This document shows positions 51,007 to 58,833 of a stretch of 64,000 nt of DNA, in pieces. How positions within the stretch are numbered: the stretch's first letter is position 1; every line of letters starts with the position of its first letter. The stretch is from positions 1 to 64,000 of the forward strand of contig JBFMGK010000073.1 in assembly GCA_040752575.1 (NCBI GenBank), given 5' to 3'. Source of the stretch: Candidatus Bipolaricaulota bacterium. GTDB lineage: Bacteria > Bipolaricaulota > Bipolaricaulia > UBA7950 > UBA9294. The notes under the pieces are model-generated. The model ran no database searches and was not told where the DNA came from. It saw nothing but the letters and a program-made list of their open reading frames with translations. Made by a program: the position numbers and the translations under genes.

Positions 51007-51951
51007 CTATTGCGCAGACCGCTCGGCGAGGTGTCGATCGAGTCTTGCCGCAAGCTCGTCGCGCGAGTAGCCGTGCCGCGGATTGTCGTTCTCATCGAGC
51101 AGTTTGGCGATCAACGCGTTCAGGACGCGGTCGCCCTCCCACCTCGTGCCGACGAGATAGCGAAGCTTGGGCGCCGGAGAGAAGAGCGCGTCGTGGATGG
51201 CCTCGGCCACGATCTCGGGCGGCGACGGCTTCCGATTCGTTTCGGACTCGGCTTCGGAGGCCGCTTCACCGCTGCCGCTCGAGGCCTCCTCCCGAGGAGG
51301 AGCCGCCAGAAACCCGAGGATCTGGTCCGCCTCTTCGCGGAACGGGTCTTGAGCGCGGCGGAACCTGGCGATCGTCCCGTCTCGCGACGCCGCGCCGATG
51401 TTCGTCGCCACTCCCCCCGGCTGAACGATGCTCGCGAGGACGCCGTAGGGCTCGAGCTCCAGTCGCAGCGTCTCGGTGTACGACTCGAGCGCGTGCTTGG
51501 TCATCGTGTACGGTCCGTAGTAGGTCTTCGACAGCATGCCGCCCTGCGAGCCGACGTTCACGACGCGCCCTTTCGCCGCCAACAGCAGCGGAAGAAAGGC
51601 GTTCGTCATACGGAACGGGCCGAAAACGTTGACGTCGAACATGCGGAGAAGTTCTTCGTCGGTCCACGTCGACAGCATGCCCAGCTCCCCCAACCCAGCG
51701 TTGTTGACCAGGCCATACAACCCGTGGCCCGCGTCGGTGACCGAAGCAACGGCGTCGCGGATCTGCCCGGGGTTCGTCACGTCGCAGAACAGGGGCACAA
51801 CGTTTGGGATCTCGCGGAGCCGCGTCGCCGCCTCTTCGTTGCGGACCGTTCCGTACACTCGGCAACCTCGCACGGCAAGGTACTCCGCCGTCGCGCGGCC
51901 AATCCCACTCGAAGCTCCCGTCACCAGCACGCAGTCCAAGGTCATCGTCAC
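51007..51951 (-). CDS. Short-chain dehydrogenase/reductase
   Basis: TGASSGIG, NNAG, YTMTK (YxxxK). Confidence 0.92.
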   Translation of the reverse strand: MTMTLDCVLVTGASSGIGRATAEYLAVRGCRVYGTVRNEEAATRLREIPNVVPLFCDVTNPGQIRDAVASVTDAGHGLYGLVNNAGLGELGMLSTWTDEELLRMFDVNVFGPFRMTNAFLPLLLAAKGRVVNVGSQGGMLSKTYYGPYTMTKHALESYTETLRLELEPYGVLASIVQPGGVATNIGAASRDGTIARFRRAQDPFREEADQILGFLAAPPREEASSGSGEAASEAESETNRKPSPPEIVAEAIHDALFSPAPKLRYLVGTRWEGDRVLNALIAKLLDENDNPRHGYSRDELAARLDRHLAERSAQ

Positions 51952-52224
51952 CCTTTCTCCTCTTCGCGAGGCTCTTGTTCCCGGTTCATCCCCGCCCATG
52001 ATGAGTCGACGTCCACAAGCCTATCGGTTCGGCGTCTCGCCCGCGTTCTAGTGGCTCGACCCGTCAACTGGCGGTGCTGTCGCTCCTCCAGCGGTCCCAG
52101 GTCCAAGGCCGAGGCACAGCCGCGCACGGCCGTGAACCTCAAGCCGCCGGTGGGCGACCCACCGATATCTGTCGGCTCGCGCAGACGCGCCGGGCGGTCG
52201 TGTGCGCAGCAAGGAGGCATCCAG

Positions 52225-52701
52225 ATGATCGCACTTCGCCGAATGACCCAGGACGAGTACGACGCGTGGCGGCCGGCGTCTATCGCCAGCTACGCCGCCG
52301 AACACGTTCGCGCCGGCAACTGGGGCGCGGGTGAAGCATCCGAGCAGGCCGAGAAGGCGTTCGATCGCTACCTACCCAGCGGGCTCGACACGGAAGGCCA
52401 TCACGTCTGCAGTATCGTTGCGGACGGAACCGGGGAGAACGTGGGCCACCTCTGGTACTGCGTCGAGCCCGCTCCGGCCGGGTCGCGGCTGTTCATCGCC
52501 GACATCGGAATCGGCGAGCCCTATCGTCGCAGGGGGTTCGCACGCGAGGCGCTTCGGTGCCTCGAAAAAGAAGGCCGGCGTCTCGGCGCCTGCGGCATTC
52601 GACTCCACGTGTTCGGCGACAACGACGCCGCTCGGCGGCTCTACACGGAACTCGGGTACGTCGAAACCGACGTGCAGATGGTGAAAGACCTCGGCACGTA
52701 G
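52225..52701 (+). CDS. GNAT family N-acetyltransferase
   Basis: SD AAGGAGG; YRRRGFA, LHVFGDN..ARRLY..LGY. Confidence 0.88.
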   Translation: MIALRRMTQDEYDAWRPASIASYAAEHVRAGNWGAGEASEQAEKAFDRYLPSGLDTEGHHVCSIVADGTGENVGHLWYCVEPAPAGSRLFIADIGIGEPYRRRGFAREALRCLEKEGRRLGACGIRLHVFGDNDAARRLYTELGYVETDVQMVKDLGT

Positions 52702-52760
52702 CTGCTTCGCAGCGACCGTTTCGTGCGCACCCTTGCCCGCTCTTTCGCTACACTGCGTTT

Positions 52761-53120
52761 ATGGCGGGGATCGTCTTCCTTAGGACTGCGAGGTTCGACG
52801 AGGTGCGAGCGTTCTACACCGAGCGCTTGGGGATGACCATCTGGCTCGAGCAGCCGGACATCGCCATTCTGCGCCACGGGAACCTGCTCGTCGGCTTCCA
52901 CCGGCAACCCGAGGCCGATCTCGACGGGCTCCTGACGTTCTTCTACGAGACGGGCGCCGAGGTCGACGAGATGTACGGACGACTGCGGGACGTTGCGACC
53001 GGAGAACCCCTGGAGAACCTGAAGTACCGGATCTACCACTTCTTCGCCCGCGATCCCGAGGGCCGGAAGATCGAGTTCCAGCAGTTCCTCCACGGCGTTC
53101 CGCCGGTGAGCGGAGACTGA
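52761..53120 (+). CDS. VOC/glyoxalase family protein
   Basis: RAFYTERLG, FFARDPEGRKIE. Confidence 0.85.
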   Translation: MAGIVFLRTARFDEVRAFYTERLGMTIWLEQPDIAILRHGNLLVGFHRQPEADLDGLLTFFYETGAEVDEMYGRLRDVATGEPLENLKYRIYHFFARDPEGRKIEFQQFLHGVPPVSGD

Positions 53121-53137
53121 GTGCGACCGCCGCGACA

Positions 53138-53944
53138 TCAAGAGGCGTACGGCGATCTCACGCAACACCGTCGCGCGACGTAGAGAACCGAAAGGACTGG
53201 CCGCTCGATGGTCCCGTCCCGTTCGCGGATGACTGCTTCGACTCGGCTCGTGAGTCGCGCGAGCGCGTCCGGCGCGAGTGCCCGGTGATCTGAGTAGGTC
53301 TGGAGCAGTCGCCCGTACTCGGCCGCCGAGTAGCGCCGTGCCCACGGGTAGCGGCGAACCACGACCTCGCCGAACAGGTCCGAAGCATCGATCTCCTCGA
53401 CGGGGCGGCGGATCGCGGCCTCGAGGTCCTCGTGCCCGCCATCGGCAAGCTCGGGCACCTCTTCGCGGTAGATCGCGTCGAGCGCGGCGCGCACGTCGGG
53501 CGGGAGGTCGGGCGAGCGGTTCCAGAACAGAGCGAGCGAGCCCCCAGGGCGCAACGCGGCCGCCGACTTCGCGAACTTCACCTCGGGCGCCACCCAGTGG
53601 AAGGCCGACGCCGAGACGACGAGGTCGAAGGACTCCCGTTCGAGCGGCCAGTCTTCGAACGGGGCGTTCTCGATCCTTACTTCGGGAAACGCGCCGCACT
53701 TCTCGCGTGCCCGTGCCGCCATCCGCGGCCCGATCTCAACCGCTACGATCGCGTAACCGCGGCGCGCCAGCTCGACGGTCGCCGTTCCCGGGCCACAGCC
53801 CACTTCGAGGATCCGTCCGCCTTCCTGGATGCCTGAGAGCGCAACGAGATCCTCGAACAGCGCGACCGGATACCCCGGCCGCACCTCGTCGTAGAGATCG
53901 GCCACCGAGTCGAACGAATTCCGAAGACTCAAGTCACGTGGCAT
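53138..53944 (-). CDS. Class I SAM-dependent methyltransferase
   Basis: FDSVADLYDEVRPGYP, LEVGCGPG, FDLVVSASAFHW, LRPGG. Confidence 0.9.
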   Translation of the reverse strand: MPRDLSLRNSFDSVADLYDEVRPGYPVALFEDLVALSGIQEGGRILEVGCGPGTATVELARRGYAIVAVEIGPRMAARAREKCGAFPEVRIENAPFEDWPLERESFDLVVSASAFHWVAPEVKFAKSAAALRPGGSLALFWNRSPDLPPDVRAALDAIYREEVPELADGGHEDLEAAIRRPVEEIDASDLFGEVVVRRYPWARRYSAAEYGRLLQTYSDHRALAPDALARLTSRVEAVIRERDGTIERPVLSVLYVARRCCVRSPYAS

Positions 53945-54069
53945 AGATGGATCGTAGACAAGCAGCGAAGCCGCTGCCACAGCCGCGCGCCGTTGGAAGC
54001 CAGACGATGTGCTCGTGCACACGGCATCACCTTCCCCACGGTGCCGGCGGACAGGTGACCATGCGGCAC

Positions 54070-54336
54070 TCACAGGTTCCGGTACGCCTCGCGACGACTC
54101 GCGACGCGAAGGACGAGGACAAGAACCGCTTCGTCGAAGATCGTGTAGACGATGACGTAGTCCTTGCCCGCGTGGATTCTGCGCAGGGAGTCCTTCCCGG
54201 CGAGCTGCTTCGTCCCGTCGCAGCGAGGATCCATCGCGAGAACGTCGAGCCATCGCGCGACGCGCTTCTGAATCGCCTTCGGCAGCCGCTCGAGTTCCTT
54301 CGCCGCTCTCTTGGTCAGTTCGATGCCGTAGGTCAT
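54070..54336 (-). CDS. relE: RelE/ParE family toxin
   Basis: 88 aa basic protein, AAKELERL...DPR...KQLAG...IVY.I.D...RREAY. Confidence 0.85.
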   Translation of the reverse strand: MTYGIELTKRAAKELERLPKAIQKRVARWLDVLAMDPRCDGTKQLAGKDSLRRIHAGKDYVIVYTIFDEAVLVLVLRVASRREAYRNL

Positions 54337-54366
54337 CGCCGCTTCGCACGTGAGCAGAAGAGACCG

Positions 54367-54624
54367 CTAGAGCCCTAGCCTCTCCCGCAACTCGGAGAAG
54401 GGAATCGCCGCCTCGCCGGAACGCTTGAACTCAGCGAGTGCCCGCTCGCCTTCCTCGCTCCAGTATGCGTCCTCAAGCCGCTCAAGAAGACCGAGGTCCT
54501 CTTCCGAGACGAGGTACACGCTCTTCCCGTCGCGACGATCGACGCGCACGCGTTCGCCCTGGTACGCGACGCGATTGAACGTGTCGGGAGGGATCCGGGT
54601 CTCCGATGCCTTCAGCGTCTTCAT
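54367..54624 (-). CDS. Phd/YefM-type antitoxin
   Basis: NRVAYQGERVRVDRRDGK...LVSEEDL..LE.LED, acidic C-terminus; upstream of relE. Confidence 0.8.
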   Translation of the reverse strand: MKTLKASETRIPPDTFNRVAYQGERVRVDRRDGKSVYLVSEEDLGLLERLEDAYWSEEGERALAEFKRSGEAAIPFSELRERLGL

Positions 54625-54819
54625 CCATCCCCTCGAAACTGTGCGATTTGTACGACTCGCTCCATTTGAGCAGTATGAGCTCCGTGGTCTTTGCGATCAA
54701 GCACTTCAGTAACGGCGCTCGCGGCGGCATGTCGTGCTCCGTTGAGAGTTGCGGCTCTCACGCGTCACGCTAGCCGGCCGCATCGCTATAATCGGTCACG
54801 AGATCGAGGGACGGTCAAG

Positions 54820-55035
54820 ATGACGAGCGACTTCAGCGTGATCATCGAACGAGACTCCGAAGGCTACTACGTGGCGTCGGTGCCCTCGCTACGCGGCTGC
54901 CACACGCAGGGAAAGTCGCTCGACGAGGTCCTCGAGCGGATCCGGGAAGCTATCGTGCTCTGTCTTCAGGACCGCGGCAGTGACTCAGAGGAGCTTGAGT
55001 TCGTGGGCATCCAGAAGATCACAGTCCAGTCATGA
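54820..55035 (+). CDS. hicB: HicB family antitoxin (short, no DNA-binding domain)
   Basis: YYVASVPSLRGCHTQGKSLDEVLERIREAI; TATAAT at 54787-54792 upstream. Confidence 0.88.
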   Translation: MTSDFSVIIERDSEGYYVASVPSLRGCHTQGKSLDEVLERIREAIVLCLQDRGSDSEELEFVGIQKITVQS

Positions 55036-55256
55036 CCAGACTGCCCCGCATCACGGGCGATGACGTCGCAGCGGCTCTTCTGCGAGCTGGGTTCGTCGTC
55101 GCTCGCATGCATGGCAGTCATCGGATTCTGCGGCACCCAGATGGAAGGATGACCGTCCTCCCCGTTCACGTCGGCGAGGTCATTGGCCCTGGCCTTCTCT
55201 TGAAGATCCTTGCCGATTGCGAGTTGACCCGGGACGAGTTCCGGAAGCTTCTCTAG
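55032..55256 (+). CDS. hicA: HicA family toxin
   Basis: LLRAGF...GSH..LRHPDGR..VLPVH...IGPGLL; ATGA overlap with hicB. Confidence 0.88.
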   Translation: MTRLPRITGDDVAAALLRAGFVVARMHGSHRILRHPDGRMTVLPVHVGEVIGPGLLLKILADCELTRDEFRKLL

Positions 55257-56198
55257 CGTCGTTGGCTGGTCGAGCTCCCAACACGTACTGCGACTCTGGA
55301 AGCAACCCGGCTGACGGTCGAGTAGTGAAGGCCGGCAGCATCGCCAACCTCCTGAAGCGTGTAGCCGTGGACGCGCAGGGCGTCGTGAATGCGCTGGTCT
55401 CGCGTCGACTTGTCCGGCACCCTTGCGAAGAGCTTCGCGAGACTCGGCCGCCCCGTGAGCCGCTCGCGCCGCGGGAACTCTTTCAAGCTCTCGAAGTCCG
55501 CGAGAAGAGGCTTGAGCTCGGCGACGAACTCGTCGCTGCCAAGAAGGATCCCACCGCGCAACTCGTCCCAGATTTGCACCCCACGACCCGCCTTGACGAA
55601 GTCACGATAGGCCTTCTGCGCACGCGCACGGCTTCTGCCGAACTGCTGCAGAATCCAGTCTGCCGCGAGGAACGACGGCGCCTCCGCCAAGCCTGCTGTT
55701 GCGCGATAGCTCGACCACGGCCAGTCCCTTGCCGAGCGCAACATCTTCGCGCGCACCGGGTTGAGGACGACGTAGCGCGCGAGTTCGAGAAGATGGCTCT
55801 CCTTCTCGACCACGATGGACTTGAACCGACCCTGGAGGACGTGTCCGACTCGCAGGTGCCGGCGGTTGAACGCCTGCGTGTACACGCCGTTCAGATGTCG
55901 CATCCCGCGCGACAGGTTCGGCTCCGGCGTCTCGATGAGTAGGTGGTAGTGGTTCGTCATCAGGCAGTACGCATAGCAGAGCCAGCCGAACCGCTTCACC
56001 GTGTCAGCGAAAACCTCGAGGAACCGCTCGCGGTCCGGGTCAACAAGGAAGATCGGTTCGCGGGCGTTCCCGCGACTCGTGGAAGAACAGGAGTTACGGA
56101 ATCCGCACCGGACCGCGATGCCAGCAACTCCCAAGCTACTCAGCACCGCTGAATAGCCGACGGCAGCCTTCGTACTCGAGTCTCAGTGGGCGGGCCAT
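55253..56198 (-). pseudogene. Disrupted REP-associated tyrosine transposase (RAYT / TnpA-Y1, HUH) with C-terminal HTH
   Basis: The true start MARPLRLEYEG at 56198 hits a TAG after 20 codons. The body TSRGNAREPIF...CLMTNHYHLL...YVVLNPVRA...WSSY resumes in another frame at 56080. Confidence 0.82.
56081..56158 (-). mobile_element. ~78-bp double-hairpin insert within the RAYT gene
   Basis: Minus-strand hairpins GGCTATTCAGC-GGT-GCTGAGTAGCT and GGGAGTTGC...GTAACTCCT sit where the conserved Y-H-V codons are expected. Confidence 0.5.
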
Positions 56199-56204
56199 GA
56201 GAGC

Positions 56205-56244
56205 AGGCTACATCGCGGAACGTCAAGAAGCAAGATCTGACCCC
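56205..56244 (-). promoter_or_regulatory. RAYT promoter and sub-terminal motif
   Basis: TTGCTT-17nt-TAGCCT-6nt-ATG; the -35 box overlaps the 3' end of GGGGTCAGATCTTG (56231-56244). Confidence 0.55.
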
Positions 56245-58796
56245 TGCGCCCCATGCGCTGGACCGGTCGCAGGAGTAGAGAGCATGTTTACGTGCTCGAG
56301 GGAGAAGAAGGTCGTAATGGCTGTAGCCTGAGCGGAGTACCTATCTGCCTGAGTGCAAATCTCGGAGAAGTCACCTTGCTTTGTGGAGACAGGGTCGAGG
56401 CTCGCCCGCGCATCCGACGAGACCCACAGGCTGCGTACAACGTCAGGGGGCTTCGCCACAGGGACGCGGCGCAGCTGCACGAACGGTTCCACCTGACGAA
56501 GCACCTCAAGAACAGCTTCGGGCGAGATGACAAACCGGTTGCGCAGCCCCGCGTGATCCTTGAGCAGAAAAAGGCTGCTGAGATCCAGAAGGTCCAGTGG
56601 CATTCGCAGGTCTTCAGCCGCTGCAGCCATGGCATCGGCTACGAGAGGCGCTACCGCTGATCTGCCCCCAAGTGCCCGGGCAGACATCGTCGCTCTCGGG
56701 GGCTGCGTCAAGGAATCGCTCGCAGCACTCAGCTCACCGCTAGGGTAGTTGGCGAACACCTCCTTGTACACTTGGCGGGGTATGAGCTCGACGGTCGCAA
56801 CATCTGCTGGACTGAAACTTACATCCGCCTCGAGCCGCTCTGCTTGGGATACGCTCTCGCCCACGAAGTCGGCAAGCGTGCACTGTACGCCTTCAAGGGC
56901 TGTTTCGGCGTTCTGCAGGGTCACATTGACCTCGTCTGCCACTCGCAGACGCCAGAGGACCTCGAAATACTGCTCAACCGATCTTTCCGCCTCGTCTTCG
57001 ACCTTGTGTAGAGCTTCCCGAGTCTTGTCTAGTTCTCTCTTCAAGCTCGTCTTCTTCCACACGGTCGAGTACAGGAACCAGCTGCCCGTCGCAGCATACG
57101 TCACACAGAGCCCTACACCCAGATACGGAAGCACCGCCGGGGAACTCAGTGTTGACCAGCGCGCGGCGCCCGCCAGCGCAAGCAGAATCGCCAACCCAAG
57201 CATTGCTGCCAGAATGGCTCCGGGGACTACCAAGAACGCAGCCACTGCGTGCCAAGCCCGATTCGCCTCGACGCGCTCCAGTTCCTCACTAACAGCAATG
57301 CAATGAGAGTCATGCTCATCTGCCGTCCTCCCCAGGTCCATCAGCTGCCTGTCCAAGCCCGACGCCAAGCGCTCCTGCGCTGCAGCAATGCCTGGTTCAG
57401 TCTGCAGCCGTGCCTCGCCTTCTGACGGACCGGCGCGGTCCTCTTCGTCGCCGACAGCTCCTCCTTCATCGGCGCTCCCAGGGGTCTCAAGCAATTCGAA
57501 GAGCTCTGACTCAGGTATATTTATCTCCTTACTTAAGTGCTTTGTGTAGGTCTTCCTGAGGAGACGGAGTGTGTAGTCATAGCTCGCTATTGCGTCCGGG
57601 GGGAGCGCGGCCTTCTGACTATCTATCCACTTGCTCCTCCAGAAGCGATCAAGGCACGTCGCGACAGCGGCAAGGACCCAGCGCACCCCTCCTTCGGGTG
57701 AGTCTATCTTCTCTCTCACGGCAGTCCTGAGGGTTGCCTCGCTCTCTTTCCGAATCTGGGCCGCCCGCGCTTGCAGCTTGTGGTAGCCGGGGTCGAAGAT
57801 AGCCTGACGGTAGATCTTCGCGTGCTCTTTGAGCGCCTCGATCGCCTGGCGCCCTGTGCGGTCCTCCCTCTTCTTCGACGTGAACGGGGTGATCAGGAGA
57901 CTCCCACTGTCGTCCCTCCTCAGTCGTTCTTCCAGGAGGTTCGGCGAAACGCACGCCAGCAACTCCTTGGCAACAACAATGGCACCGGCTGTCGTGGTGA
58001 CACGCCCGGTGGCTACCCTGTCTCGGAGGAAGTTCACCGAGAACTGGCGGGCAATGGCTGCAAGCATTGCGTCCCGTGGCACTACGGCTCTGACAACGCC
58101 CAACGAGCGATAGAACGCCCGGCTCGAAGGACCCGAGTGCTCTCCGCCCGGCCGCGGCACGCGCCCGGCGTACATCAGTAGGGCCGCGACGACCTCGCCA
58201 GCGAGTGCCGCGGGGGTTGCCCCCCCCATGAGATCCTGGCCGCGTGCGTTGATACCGTCAGCAAGCCAAACAGCCTGCACGGCAGGGACTTCCAACTCCG
58301 AATGCGAGGCTTCTAGGAGCAGATCCTCGAGCTCGCTGAGCGTCCGCCTTGCGGAGCTCCAGTGCTCGTCGGTGCATTCGTTCCCCAGCGTTCCGGGCAA
58401 CACAGCGATGCAGTTGACGCGCAACTGGATGGACCTCATCCTACAGGCCCGCCGCATCTCCGTCACCACAGAGACTACGGCAGTCGCCACACCCTCCGTC
58501 CAAGCCTCAAAGACCACATAGCCCACTGAATTTTCTTCCACTACAGTCTGCCGGCGAACCGGATCCATAGCTGTCGGGGCTGGGTTGATCGCGAGGAATG
58601 CGTCCCTAAGCATGCCCGCCATCTCGTCACTCGACTCTGCCCGGCGAGGATCAACGCAAAGGATGTGGCACAGGCTGTCTAAATGGTCGGCGTGCTCGCG
58701 CCCCCAGGAGCCCAGTGCAAGATACTCAATCCTCGCTTGCGCTGTGGCAAGGCCATCCCCTATCAGGACGACGACTGCCCGCTGTATCGGGTTCAC
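56223..58796 (-). CDS. Membrane-anchored tubulin/FtsZ-like paralogue with degenerate GTP-binding site
   Basis: Collinear similarity to the upstream Tubulin_2 protein, with GGTGSG replaced by EGVATA; two TM helices flanked by coiled coils; SD AGGAGG. Confidence 0.7.
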   Translation of the reverse strand: MNPIQRAVVVLIGDGLATAQARIEYLALGSWGREHADHLDSLCHILCVDPRRAESSDEMAGMLRDAFLAINPAPTAMDPVRRQTVVEENSVGYVVFEAWTEGVATAVVSVVTEMRRACRMRSIQLRVNCIAVLPGTLGNECTDEHWSSARRTLSELEDLLLEASHSELEVPAVQAVWLADGINARGQDLMGGATPAALAGEVVAALLMYAGRVPRPGGEHSGPSSRAFYRSLGVVRAVVPRDAMLAAIARQFSVNFLRDRVATGRVTTTAGAIVVAKELLACVSPNLLEERLRRDDSGSLLITPFTSKKREDRTGRQAIEALKEHAKIYRQAIFDPGYHKLQARAAQIRKESEATLRTAVREKIDSPEGGVRWVLAAVATCLDRFWRSKWIDSQKAALPPDAIASYDYTLRLLRKTYTKHLSKEINIPESELFELLETPGSADEGGAVGDEEDRAGPSEGEARLQTEPGIAAAQERLASGLDRQLMDLGRTADEHDSHCIAVSEELERVEANRAWHAVAAFLVVPGAILAAMLGLAILLALAGAARWSTLSSPAVLPYLGVGLCVTYAATGSWFLYSTVWKKTSLKRELDKTREALHKVEDEAERSVEQYFEVLWRLRVADEVNVTLQNAETALEGVQCTLADFVGESVSQAERLEADVSFSPADVATVELIPRQVYKEVFANYPSGELSAASDSLTQPPRATMSARALGGRSAVAPLVADAMAAAAEDLRMPLDLLDLSSLFLLKDHAGLRNRFVISPEAVLEVLRQVEPFVQLRRVPVAKPPDVVRSLWVSSDARASLDPVSTKQGDFSEICTQADRYSAQATAITTFFSLEHVNMLSTPATGPAHGAQGSDLAS

Positions 58797-58833
58797 TCCC
58801 CGCCTCCTGTAGCTGGAGTACTTGGCAAGTCAG

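Noticed and set aside
50299..52224. 800-aa plus-strand ORF (50299-52701)
   Set aside because: Only the last 158 aa (from ATG 52225, with its own SD) are a real GNAT. The rest is the antisense shadow of the SDR and ferritin-like genes.
41228..55256. Integron cassette array
   Set aside because: Genes are in mixed orientation with their own promoters, and no repeated attC sites or intI were seen.
55253..56146. ORF-track start of the transposase at 56146 as an intact IS200/IS605 gene
   Set aside because: That N-terminus is translated from the insert. The genuine start is at 56198 and out of frame, and there is no tnpB.
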